IMG/VR virus record: IMGVR_UViG_3300030019_000003
Coordinates: 62,001 to 126,000 of that record
Direction: 5' to 3' (one strand)
Length of the DNA: 64,000 bases
In this document: one piece after another, positions 1-10,900 of the stretch
How positions within the stretch are numbered: position 1 is the first letter of the stretch
Layout: each line of letters opens with the position of its first letter
Position numbers and translations under genes: made by a program
Notes under the pieces: generated by a model
The model's input: the letters and a program-made list of their open reading frames with translations, nothing else
Database searches by the model: none
Told to the model about the DNA's origin: nothing

Positions 1-2748
1 TATACACCAGTAGTAGGCGATAAACTCTATACCGATACAGCTGAAGAATTTGAAGTAAAATCGTTTACAGCAAATGTCACTGTTGATCTTACAAATGTAA
101 TATCCGGGGCATGTGGTTCTGATTATACAATGTTATTAAAAAGTAATGGTGACCTGTATGCAGCTGGATCTAACATGTATGGTCAATTAGGTTTACCCGA
201 TACTATTGCTGGAGTAGAATATTTTACATTAGTAACAACGGGTGTTAAACAAGTAAGCGCTGGTCTCTATCATACTGTTATTGTTAAAAATGATGGTAAG
301 GTTTATGTTACAGGAAGAAATAACTTTGGGCAACTAGGGTTAGGAGATAATGTAGATAGGCACGGTTTTACAGAATTGAGTATTGGTAGCTTACTTACAG
401 TATTTGCTTTTGATAATCAAATAGCTGTATTAAGAACAACAGGTACCGTTGCAACATGTGGGTATAACATGGGTGGCGAGTGTGGTGTAGGTGACCTTAG
501 TAACAAGATGGCTCTTACGGAAACAAACCTAACAGGTATTACCTTTATTGTTGTAACAGGTAGTGGTATAGCATGTCTTGATGCTGCTGGTAATGGATAT
601 GTTACTGGATTAAACACACAGGGTATGTTAGGTACTGGAAATACTACTCCAACAACTACTTTTATTAAAACAAGTACTACAGGTTTATTAAACTTAAGCA
701 TAGGCTATACTCATGGGTTGTTTGTAAAAGCAGATGGTACAGTAGTAGTTGTAGGTTCAAATACTTATGGACAAATTGGTCAAGGCGTGTTACCTAGTTC
801 AAGTGCGCTATTAACATTACCTATTACTAATATTAAAAAAGCATTTGCCCCTAGATGGAGTAGTTTACTATTAGCTAATGACGGTAGTGTATATGCAGCT
901 GGATTTAATAACTTTGGTCAAACTGGCCTAGAAGTTACAACTGCTAATATTACAGCATTTACATTAACAGGATATAAAGCTTCTGATATCATAGCTGGTC
1001 CAAACCATACATTAGTTATTAAAGCAGACGGGTCAATACTTTTATTTGGACTAAATGCAAGTAACCAACTTGGTTTTAAATCAAGAGATATTAACAAGAT
1101 TTATATTAACACACCAAGTTTGTATTATCCGGATATGTATGTTACACCTGTTACTAACTTGGGACATGTACCTATTGGTGTACATCGTAAAGATGTTACT
1201 ATTATAGCAGAGCCAGTTGTTCAAAATACAGGTGATTCTGATTTTTCAGCTGTTAATGATTGTGTTATTTCAGAGTCTACTCGTAATGTGATAGACAGTA
1301 CATTACAATCAACGGCTAATAAGCTTTACATCAATAACCAGTATGTTGACTTAAAACTAGGTCAGCAACTTATAACTGAGAATAACGAAATTATTACCAT
1401 AGGTAATATTGGTAGTGATGGTTCTGATACTGCTATATCTGGTATCAAAAGTATTATAGGTGCTACTTCAGGTGTGTTTGCTATTAAAGAAAACTCTGAG
1501 CTTTGGTATATAGGTTTAAACATCTACGGTGAAGCTGGTGTTGGCCATAATAGTAATCTAACGGAATGGGCCTATTGTGGTATTAAAGTTAGTTCAATTG
1601 CTACAGGTAAAGGATTTACATTAGCCATTAGAGATACTGATGGAATGGTTCTTAGTGCAGGTATTAATGTTTATGGCCAATTAGGACTAGGTACCGTTAC
1701 TGATACTAATATCTGGAAAGAATCTAATTTTTATGCAACTCGTGTAGCTGCTGGTAATAACCATGCTTTAGCACTAGATCTACAAGGATTACTTTATGCT
1801 GTAGGTTTAAATAATCATGGACAACTTGGTATTAACTCATCTACTATTCTTAATAAGACCGTGTGGACAGCTTGTGTTCTTCCTCCTACTGTTTATACTG
1901 TAGCTGCTAGAATCTATTGTGGCGGTGATAGTTCTTACGTTATTAGAACAGATAGTGTGTTATATTCAGCCGGTAGAAATGATTATGGTCAATTAGGTAT
2001 TAACACTACTACGGATGCTTTGTCATTTACGAATACGAGTGTTAGTGCCCTAGATATGGCAGCAGGTGATTACCATATTGTTGTTATTAAGGTTAATAAT
2101 AAACTCTTTGGTTGTGGTCTTAATGATAAAGGGCAGTTAGGTATTGGTGTTGTTGGTAATAAGTCAGTACTCGTAGATTTAGGATTAACTGCTAGTAAAG
2201 TATTTTGTAATGCTAATGGTAGTTATATTAGAAAACTTGACGGTACATGGGCATACTCAGGTATTAATACGTATGGTCAATCTGGAAATGGGTTAACAGC
2301 TAATATCTTTACATGGTATACACCCGTTATTGTTCCTAAATATATTGCGTGCATGGGTTTGTCAACTATGGTTATTACTGAAGATGGCCTATTCTACGCC
2401 ACTGGTAATAACGATGCTGGTCAATTTGGTAAACCTGAAATAGATGTTACTTTAACATGGGTAAAGTTATCGGTAACTAAACCATTTTTAGGTATGTGCA
2501 AAACAGGTTACTGGATAGCTCCTAAAGTAACTATTGCAAGAATACCACAAGCAGTGTACCCTATTAGTAGAGTATCCTTTAATGGTGTAGTAGCAAGTGC
2601 TAAAGAGGGTACGTATAACACCCCAAATGTTACTGTTATTTTAGAAGATACAGAGTTTTCAAACTCTAGAACACTAACAACATCTGTCGATATTCCGTAC
2701 ACTAACAGAGTGTATAAAATATTAGGCACTGTTTCAAAAATAAGTTGA
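1..2748 (+). CDS. RCC1-repeat tail fibre / receptor-binding-like protein (5'-partial, two RCC1 propellers)
   Basis: Frame is open from base 1, so the true start lies upstream; many G-x-N-x-x-G-Q-L-G and AG-x-x-H repeats; tail-module context. Confidence 0.8.
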   Translation, partial: YTPVVGDKLYTDTAEEFEVKSFTANVTVDLTNVISGACGSDYTMLLKSNGDLYAAGSNMYGQLGLPDTIAGVEYFTLVTTGVKQVSAGLYHTVIVKNDGKVYVTGRNNFGQLGLGDNVDRHGFTELSIGSLLTVFAFDNQIAVLRTTGTVATCGYNMGGECGVGDLSNKMALTETNLTGITFIVVTGSGIACLDAAGNGYVTGLNTQGMLGTGNTTPTTTFIKTSTTGLLNLSIGYTHGLFVKADGTVVVVGSNTYGQIGQGVLPSSSALLTLPITNIKKAFAPRWSSLLLANDGSVYAAGFNNFGQTGLEVTTANITAFTLTGYKASDIIAGPNHTLVIKADGSILLFGLNASNQLGFKSRDINKIYINTPSLYYPDMYVTPVTNLGHVPIGVHRKDVTIIAEPVVQNTGDSDFSAVNDCVISESTRNVIDSTLQSTANKLYINNQYVDLKLGQQLITENNEIITIGNIGSDGSDTAISGIKSIIGATSGVFAIKENSELWYIGLNIYGEAGVGHNSNLTEWAYCGIKVSSIATGKGFTLAIRDTDGMVLSAGINVYGQLGLGTVTDTNIWKESNFYATRVAAGNNHALALDLQGLLYAVGLNNHGQLGINSSTILNKTVWTACVLPPTVYTVAARIYCGGDSSYVIRTDSVLYSAGRNDYGQLGINTTTDALSFTNTSVSALDMAAGDYHIVVIKVNNKLFGCGLNDKGQLGIGVVGNKSVLVDLGLTASKVFCNANGSYIRKLDGTWAYSGINTYGQSGNGLTANIFTWYTPVIVPKYIACMGLSTMVITEDGLFYATGNNDAGQFGKPEIDVTLTWVKLSVTKPFLGMCKTGYWIAPKVTIARIPQAVYPISRVSFNGVVASAKEGTYNTPNVTVILEDTEFSNSRTLTTSVDIPYTNRVYKILGTVSKIS

Positions 2749-2756
2749 GGTGATAA

Positions 2757-5700
2757 ATGGTTACTGAACCAGTATTTGTAATAAAAAATGAAGATGCCGA
2801 AGCAGGCATCGCTTTAAAAATAAACCCGGATGCTGTTAGACCTGTTTATACCTTACCTCCGGAGACAGGTATTCTTATAACAAAAGAATCTGTAGTTGCA
2901 AATGTTAATTCTCTTGTAGATGCTAATGAAAAAGAATTAGTATCTATTACTAAACCGGTGATTCTTTCACCGGTCAGTGGTAAAGAATATAATCAAACAG
3001 GAATTCATTCTACACAGTATGCATGTAGTGATACCTATCTTGGTAAGCATACTGCTAGTGATTGGGAAGTGGCTACAGACTTTGATTTTAATAATATTGA
3101 AGTTAGTAGCTATAAAGATAGTTTAAATAAAACAACTTTCTTATTTACAGCAAAACAGCATCAAGCTACTTACTACGCTAGAGTACGTTATCGTTCCGAT
3201 AACTTCTTAAGTGCGTGGTCAAGTGTGGCTAGATTTACTTCATCTTCTACATTCATAGGTAATCCTGTGCTAACAGTATCAGGTGATCAAAATGCTGCAA
3301 GTGTTAAACCTACTTTTTATGGTTCAGCTTTTGAAACCTATAATACTACGGATACACATCAAGGTAGTATGTGGGTTGTGAGTACTGATGCTGAGTTTAA
3401 AAATGTAGTTTATTCATCAGGTATTAGTACTACTAATCTATTATCATTAGAGTATCCAAACACATTACTTCCAGATGCTACCTATTATGCTAGGGTTATG
3501 TATTTTGGAGATACTTTAAACAGTTCATGGTCAGATACTATGGTACTTAAAGTAGGCGTTATGATGGATACACCTATCCTTGTAGCAAACGGATATGTTT
3601 ATGAAGGTGGATCTATTGATATTAATATTATTAATTATGATTCAGCTGCTAAATACGATATTTATACAACAGCAGGTGAGTATGTTCGTAATAATGATAT
3701 TGTGACTATCAAGGTTCCTAATAATCTTGTTATTGGTACTGAAGTTGGTGTTACTGTCAACATCATATGCTCTAATGCAACGACAGGAAAGATAGATAGC
3801 TTTCCAGGAGTGTGTAATTTTACTATTTTGAATTATCATACTACTGTAGATCAAAGTATCAGGATAGACGACTCTAACTTTAATTCCTTAGTTTCTAGTA
3901 AATCTACATTATGGATGAATCTAGATACAAATTTGTTCGGTATTAATAATAATATTAAAGATAGCAGTCACGTCTCTACTATTTCAAAATTTTATATCAA
4001 TAATAAAATTTGTGATATCAAAGCAGGTGAAATACTTACTTGTGAGACAGGCGAAACATTCGCAGTTAAGACTGTAGAAGATGACGGCGCCGTTGCAAGT
4101 ATTTATGATATTGTGAAAATAGTATCCGGAATGGGTCATGTTCTGTTATTAACTGCTAATGGTGATGTTTATGCAGCTGGTAAAAATGATAAAGGTCAGT
4201 TAGGTCTAGGTGATAAAATTGATAGACCTAATTTTGTAAGAACCTTTAGAGATGCTAAAGACATTGGTGCTGGCTATTATCATTCTATTGTTCATACAGT
4301 ATTTGGGAATATAAAGTTATCAGGTTATAATATCTACGGCCAATTGGGTAATAGCAGCATATCGGATAGCGTTGTCTGGATTGGGCCAGCTGATGCAATG
4401 CCGACAGTAAAATCATTTAGTGCCGGATTATATCATACTGCCATCATACTAGATGATGGTTTAGGTACATTAATGGTAGCTGGAGGTAATACTGATGGTC
4501 AGCTATGTTCTTTTGTGTCCACAGGTGGTTATAGCGCTACATTTGTTAAGATAACCACAGGTATTGATAAAGTAGTTTCCGGACAGTACCATGTAGCATG
4601 TAAGACAACAGATGGTTATTATGCTGGTTTCGGTAGAAACTTGGAATATCAATTAGGTATGAACATTACTGGTAACAGAATGGTGTTTACTAAATCAACA
4701 ACACATATTAACGATGTGTGGGCTAGTTCAAACTCTACTTATATTACAGATGCTAATGGTGTTCTTTATTGTGCGGGGTTAAATGCTGATGGTCAACTTG
4801 GCACTAACGATCTTATTAATAAGAATGTTTTTGTAACAACGAATCTTATTGTTGATAAAGTCTATCCACAAATGTATGGTGTTATTATTAAAACAATAGA
4901 TGGTATCTTTAAGGCTACTGGTAGAAATACTAGCGGTGAGCTGTTAATAGGTACTAAAGTATCTACTCAGGTATTTACAAATGTTACTGAGAAAGCTTTG
5001 GATGTTATTGGTATTAACGGATATTCCAATCTATTAGTTACAAAAACAGATAAGCATATGTACGGTATCGGTCTTAATAGTAGTTCACAATTTGGTAATA
5101 ACTCTACGCTACCATTGATATCTTTAACAGATATTTATGATAAAACTGTATACGGTTTGTATAAACCAGTATATTGGGTAACACTTGAAACTAACGCAAC
5201 AGTTGTACCAGATCATTTTTATAGATCTGTCGTGCAAACTAATATGACAGATATTATTCAAAATACCGAAGATGATGATTTTGAAAAGATATCTACTATT
5301 ACTACTACGGAGCCGCTAACCAATATTTTAAATACTATGTTGCAGTCTACTGCTGATAAGATATATATTTCTGATTTACTTAGTAATGTCAAATCTGGTA
5401 ACAAGTTACTAATTAATGATGGCACCGTTATAACTGTAGATACTGTTTCCGATGACGGTTCTATAGTAAATATCCCAACAATTTCTAAAATGATTTCATA
5501 TTCAAATCTAGGAACCTATGTTGTGATGTTGGAAGATGGATCAGTTTACACATGTGGTAGCAACTGGTATGGTTCCGCGGGAACAGGAAATATAGTAAAT
5601 AGCGCAGGGTGGAATAAACTTAGCATCATAGCTTCAGATATTTTTAATGCGATAAGCGGTGTGTTTGTTGTGCGCAAAAATGATGGAAAAGTATTTGCTT

Positions 5701-6800
5701 TTGGTGGGAATGGCGCAGGTCAACTTGGTGTAGGTAACACAACAGCAGCTATCACAACTTTAACAGAATGTGTTGGTATTACCAATCCAACATACATGAC
5801 TGGGTCAGGCTCTCATAGTGTAGCTATAGGACAAGACGGTAGACTATATTCAACTGGTTATAATACAGTTGGGCAACTTTGTTTAAATAACACCATTGAT
5901 ACAACGGTATTTACACCTACTAGCTATGTTGTAAAAGCCGTAGCATGTTCCTATGATAATACTTTGTTTATATCGATTGCAAATGAGTTAATGTTCGTTG
6001 GTAGGAATGCGAATGGCCAGGCTGGGTTAGGGAATACGATTGCTAAGACTACCCCTACGTTTACTAATATTTACGCAACTGATGTTAAGTGCGTTGGAGA
6101 GCTTTTTGTTATTAAAAAACTGGATGGGTTACTTTATTATGCTGGGTTGTTTGGATATCTTCTTAATGCTCTTCCCGGCACTATTGTAACTACATACACG
6201 CAGATATCAGGGTTATCGGATATAGTTTCTTTTGAAGTAAATGAGTCATCTGTATACGCCATTAATACAGAAGGTTATCTTTATACTTTTGGAAATAATC
6301 TACTTGGAAAACTTTGTTTGGGTACAACTAGTGATGTACTAGACGGGTTTCACTCTACTGGGTACAAATGTAAATTTTATAGTGTTGGTAGTTTTGGCGC
6401 TACTTTATTCTTAACTACTGGTAAAATCATTGGGTTTGGGTACAGATTTGATTATAACAGAGGTGATAACAGAATGTACCCAGCTGGCACACCTATCACA
6501 CTTGATTATGCTTATCCATTAGGTGGATCTTATAAAGTTAATAAATGGATAACCGTTAAAGAAACACTTGCAAATGTTCCAACGGCTATTTATCCATTAG
6601 CTAACATCTATTTTAACGGAATAGAAGCTATACCTAATACGGGTATAATAAATAATGGTGTTGCTAGTGTTTGGCATGACGATATAGAGTTACCTTTATG
6701 TCGATCTATTGAAACAAAAGTAGAGAGACAACAAAGCGCCTTAGTTACATTGATTACAGCGAATCTAGAAAAAATAGGTTCAAAAGTTACGGTTAGTTAG
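2757..6800 (+). CDS. Large tail fibre-like protein: Fn3/Ig-like modules plus two RCC1 propellers
   Basis: SD GAGGTG upstream; HTASDWEVATDFDF and YYARVRY...SAWS Fn3-like motifs; two blocks of GxNxxGQLG repeats. Confidence 0.8.
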   Translation: MVTEPVFVIKNEDAEAGIALKINPDAVRPVYTLPPETGILITKESVVANVNSLVDANEKELVSITKPVILSPVSGKEYNQTGIHSTQYACSDTYLGKHTASDWEVATDFDFNNIEVSSYKDSLNKTTFLFTAKQHQATYYARVRYRSDNFLSAWSSVARFTSSSTFIGNPVLTVSGDQNAASVKPTFYGSAFETYNTTDTHQGSMWVVSTDAEFKNVVYSSGISTTNLLSLEYPNTLLPDATYYARVMYFGDTLNSSWSDTMVLKVGVMMDTPILVANGYVYEGGSIDINIINYDSAAKYDIYTTAGEYVRNNDIVTIKVPNNLVIGTEVGVTVNIICSNATTGKIDSFPGVCNFTILNYHTTVDQSIRIDDSNFNSLVSSKSTLWMNLDTNLFGINNNIKDSSHVSTISKFYINNKICDIKAGEILTCETGETFAVKTVEDDGAVASIYDIVKIVSGMGHVLLLTANGDVYAAGKNDKGQLGLGDKIDRPNFVRTFRDAKDIGAGYYHSIVHTVFGNIKLSGYNIYGQLGNSSISDSVVWIGPADAMPTVKSFSAGLYHTAIILDDGLGTLMVAGGNTDGQLCSFVSTGGYSATFVKITTGIDKVVSGQYHVACKTTDGYYAGFGRNLEYQLGMNITGNRMVFTKSTTHINDVWASSNSTYITDANGVLYCAGLNADGQLGTNDLINKNVFVTTNLIVDKVYPQMYGVIIKTIDGIFKATGRNTSGELLIGTKVSTQVFTNVTEKALDVIGINGYSNLLVTKTDKHMYGIGLNSSSQFGNNSTLPLISLTDIYDKTVYGLYKPVYWVTLETNATVVPDHFYRSVVQTNMTDIIQNTEDDDFEKISTITTTEPLTNILNTMLQSTADKIYISDLLSNVKSGNKLLINDGTVITVDTVSDDGSIVNIPTISKMISYSNLGTYVVMLEDGSVYTCGSNWYGSAGTGNIVNSAGWNKLSIIASDIFNAISGVFVVRKNDGKVFAFGGNGAGQLGVGNTTAAITTLTECVGITNPTYMTGSGSHSVAIGQDGRLYSTGYNTVGQLCLNNTIDTTVFTPTSYVVKAVACSYDNTLFISIANELMFVGRNANGQAGLGNTIAKTTPTFTNIYATDVKCVGELFVIKKLDGLLYYAGLFGYLLNALPGTIVTTYTQISGLSDIVSFEVNESSVYAINTEGYLYTFGNNLLGKLCLGTTSDVLDGFHSTGYKCKFYSVGSFGATLFLTTGKIIGFGYRFDYNRGDNRMYPAGTPITLDYAYPLGGSYKVNKWITVKETLANVPTAIYPLANIYFNGIEAIPNTGIINNGVASVWHDDIELPLCRSIETKVERQQSALVTLITANLEKIGSKVTVS

Positions 6801-6818
6801 GGGATTAAACCCCTAGCT
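6795..6818 (+). terminator. Stem-loop overlapping stop codon
   Basis: AGTTAGGGG-ATTAAA-CCCCTAGCT followed by ATTTT. Confidence 0.55.
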
Positions 6819-6876
6819 ATTTTAATGACAAATAATGATTAAGCTGATTAAAAATTTTAAACATTAGGAATATATC

Positions 6877-7290
6877 ATGGGATATGAAAAAAAGATTGAA
6901 CAGAATGGTGCTTTAGCCACAGTTGTCTATGAGAACAGCAATGGTGTTAGGGTTAGCAAGAGTAAGGGTGAGATTAGAAATGCTCTTGTAGCGGCTGGAA
7001 TTGATCCTGAGGACGTATTAGCAGACATCTCGAATAGTCTTTCACTCATGATCTCATTAACATCTAGAATGTACGGCGTTATGCCGGAAGAACAAAAAGC
7101 AAATTTGTTACCTGCTGATAGAACTCTTATTGAATATGTCTTTAAGAAACATCTAGAGACAAATACAACAGCAGATCTTAAGTTGTCAAGTGAAGGTACT
7201 ACTATGATTGATAACATCTTCACACGCTGGTCAACCATCACGAACATTGTAAACAGTATTAAAAAGTTTGTAACAACTGTTACTAAATAG
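6877..7290 (+). CDS. Hypothetical protein (possible fibre chaperone/assembly factor)
   Basis: 137-aa ORF with AGGA SD between fibre genes; function inferred from context only. Confidence 0.55.
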   Translation: MGYEKKIEQNGALATVVYENSNGVRVSKSKGEIRNALVAAGIDPEDVLADISNSLSLMISLTSRMYGVMPEEQKANLLPADRTLIEYVFKKHLETNTTADLKLSSEGTTMIDNIFTRWSTITNIVNSIKKFVTTVTK

Positions 7291-7307
7291 ACATCTTAAG
7301 ATTATGG

Positions 7308-7354
7308 ATATGATAGGACCATTGAGTCCTATCATATTCTATCCACTTTTTTTT
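7308..7354 (+). terminator. Stem-loop plus T-tract
   Basis: ATATGATAGGAC-CATTGA-GTCCTATCATAT, then T8 after a short spacer. Confidence 0.7.
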
Positions 7355-7366
7355 AAAGGTTAACCT

Positions 7367-7867
7367 ATGGAATTATTTACAGGGGCTGAACAAGAAATGG
7401 AGTGTTTAAAACTACCTGTTTCTATAGCTTTTAAACGTATTAACAAGAATAAACATGAAGAATTTGCCCATAAAGCAATTTGCTGGTGGACTAAGAGTGA
7501 ACTCTATCATGTTGAAATAGTAATTGGTGATATATGGATATCATCCACTGGTAAGGGTACTCATGTTGAAGCTCTTAAAGAGGATCTTAGTGATTGGAAC
7601 GTATTAGATATTGAGGATGTTGTGTTAACAAGAGAACAGTATAATAATGTGTTAGATTGGTTAAAAGATCATGAGCATATGAAATATGATTGGTTAGCTA
7701 TTGTTATGTCACAGTTTATACCTATAGGTATTCAAAGTGATAAACGTTGGTTCTGTTCAGAGATGGCTACACGTGTATTACAACTTCTAGGATATCCACA
7801 GGTACAAGATGTAGAAGCTTATAATGTATCACCTGGTTATCTGGGAATGTTATTTAATTATAAATAA
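7367..7867 (+). CDS. Permuted papain-like (YiiX/YaeF-type NlpC/P60) enzyme
   Basis: N-terminal YHVEI His motif, KYDW, and C-terminal RWFCSE catalytic Cys in the permuted order. Confidence 0.7.
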   Translation: MELFTGAEQEMECLKLPVSIAFKRINKNKHEEFAHKAICWWTKSELYHVEIVIGDIWISSTGKGTHVEALKEDLSDWNVLDIEDVVLTREQYNNVLDWLKDHEHMKYDWLAIVMSQFIPIGIQSDKRWFCSEMATRVLQLLGYPQVQDVEAYNVSPGYLGMLFNYK

Positions 7868-7916
7868 ACAGTAAAGAATAATTACGTTTGTAGTTATGAC
7901 TTAAAAAGGAAAGAGA

Positions 7917-10900
7917 ATGAGTAAAGGACTAAAAATTAAGTCAGTAGGTGGCGGTAGTCTTACTATTAAACCTAGTGACAGTGCTGACGTAGTCATCACG
8001 TTACCAGAAAATGGTGGAGACTTAGCAGGAGAAAGTGATCTTACAGCGGGTATTGATGCTATTGTATCAACTACGGTTAGTAGTGTTGCCTTTATAGAAA
8101 AACCAGCTGTAACATCACCATTGTTAGACGCCATTGATTTTACAGGCGTGATAACAACAACACCTTTTAAGACTATCGGTAATTATAAGGGTCAACATTT
8201 ATCAACTGAATGGAAAATAGCATTAGATGCTAACTTTACCAATATGGTTTTAGATAGCACAGATATTATTAATCTTGAGGCTATAACAATAGCGGCAGGT
8301 ATAGGTGTAAAATACTTTATCAAATGTAGATATAATACTCCACTCTATGTTAGTGAATGGTCCGGCGTAGTTTCAGCTACTGGTAAAGGTATTATTATAG
8401 ATGCTCCAGTTTTGAATACTGTACCTATATCAGCTATTGATCAGAATGGATTTCCTTATAAAGATGTACGTTTTAGGGATATCTCAGGATACGGTTATAC
8501 TGAAAAAGATGGCGTGGCGCTAACTAGTTATGGTTTATATTTTATTTATGGAACATCTCTTGCTGATCTTAATACTAAGATAGCTGCATTTGATGCCGGG
8601 ACTGCAACATGGGAAAGTCTTAGTCCTGTCAATAATAACATGACGATAGTACCAAATAGTTATGTTAGTACGGTTATAACACCTGATTATAATCAAACAT
8701 TGTATGTTGCTGCTGGGTACACAGCTGTCTATGGAGCTTCTGCAGTATTGCATGGTAAATTCTCTTCACCTTTTACTATTACAGGATTGACACAACTAGT
8801 AGTTCCTGTTGTAGCAGGTGATTCAATTGGATATGAGTTTAATACATCTACATTGACAATAAGCAATTATTCTTCTAAAACAGATCTACAAGGGTATACC
8901 ATTAATGTAACTCTTGGATCAATCGTCAGAACAGGCAATACTTTAAAATGGTCACTCCCAGCTGTAACAGCAGATACTCAAGCGACTATAACTATCAGTA
9001 ATTATAGTTTAACTTCAGCTGTAGCGACAAGTCCTGTTTATAGTAAAACTATTACTGCTAAGAACGTCAATGGTACCATAACAACCAACTGGGTTGAAGA
9101 TGTTTATAGACTTAGATCAGGTAACCTTATTGCTAGAACAGCTGCTGATACACATAATGGTGCTACTGCAGGTGCTGCTATGGTTGATATTTTAAACCAT
9201 ACTAAAACATCTACTACCAGTACATTATATGTAGATGACAGAGGTTTTAAAATCAAATCAGGTGATATGCTTATTAATGAAATAGGCGATGAAGTTATTG
9301 TTGACACGGTTGTTGATGATGGTGTGAGAGAGTATGTTTTTGATAACACAACTTCTAAAATATATGCAGATAATACTCATGGTAATGCTGCAAGTACAGG
9401 ATGTGTTGTTAAGAGTGATGGGACACTATACTATGGTGCATTTACTAAGTATAACCCTAGTGTGCAGTTTAATGCTGAAGAAGGTAAAAAGTATCTTGAT
9501 GATACATGTAACTTTATTAAGTTACCTTTTAAAGCAAAGTATGTTTATTTTAATTCACATATAGCTGGATCAGGTTATGCTATTGATAGCACAGGTTGTT
9601 TATGGACTATAGGTAACACAGCTCCGTTTTTCTATGCCACAGGGTATACAACACCAACTATGAATACATGGAGAAAAACTCAAACGATCGTTATTGATTT
9701 CTACAACAGGTGGATTATTGGTAATGACAATAATATGTATGATGTGTTTGCTACTAATATTACAGCAATTGCTGTACGTGTTTGGAGAATCGTAAGAGGC
9801 TCAAATGCAGATTTACCTGTTATAGGGTGTATTAGTACAGAAGCAAATACATTATATGTAAAAGGTATTAATACCTATAGCCAGTTAGGTACAGGTAATA
9901 ATACAACAGCAGCAAATTTTGTAAGTACAGGACTAAGTGTAGTAGATGCTGTCTTCGTAGGAGATGAAAACAATATTTATGGTACCGTGTGTATTGAACA
10001 AACAACGAATCTCGTTAAAGTAGCCGGTACTAACTCATTATTTCAATTTGGTGCGTTATTAGCGACCAGTACTACGTATTTAAACTTTACATCATTAGGT
10101 ATACACGCTACCCATTTATATTATCTTATTTATGGCCATGCTTTACAAACTGTTTCAAATGGTTTATACATATCTCCTAACGCAATAGATCCTGTAAACG
10201 CTACCTATAATTCTACCATAGGCTGGAAAACAACGGCATTAGCGTGTACTGATTTGAATTCATACGCTGCGTTAATGAGCGACGGATATTGGTATGCTAA
10301 CGATAGCTCCAGAGATGGTTGCTGGTATGGTAAAGGTGACTCAAGAGCTAACTATAAAATAACTCCTAACGCAAACTTCACTACGCCAACAGGGGTATTC
10401 GGTAGAATAAGTGATTTAAATCCTTATAAGCCTAACTTATATGTAACATCTAAAACACCTTACTTCGCAGCAGTTCCTAAACGTTTATTTGTAGCAGACA
10501 CACAGTTCAACATCTATGTTGATAAACATACAAATACTGCTACCAATATTAAACAGATTGGTTGTTCTTATTCTGAACTGTATATGAATATTCTTTATAA
10601 ATATCCGCTTACAGTAACGAATACTAATACCACAACTAGCTTTAGGGTGAATGGTAAAGAGATTGATGTTAATGTAGGGGATAGAGTTGTAGATGTCAAT
10701 GGTAACATACGTAATGTTGCGGCTGTTTCTAAATCAACTTTGACAAAACAACCTTTTTGTCCATCAATAGGTCAAAACATAATAACCTCCACAGATTTTA
10801 ATTCTTTCATATCTGCAAGTGATAAAACTTATGAGTTTAAAACAAATGGCTACTATGATGAAGGATCTGTAGAAGGTATATCTCCTTATCCATTAGTGTT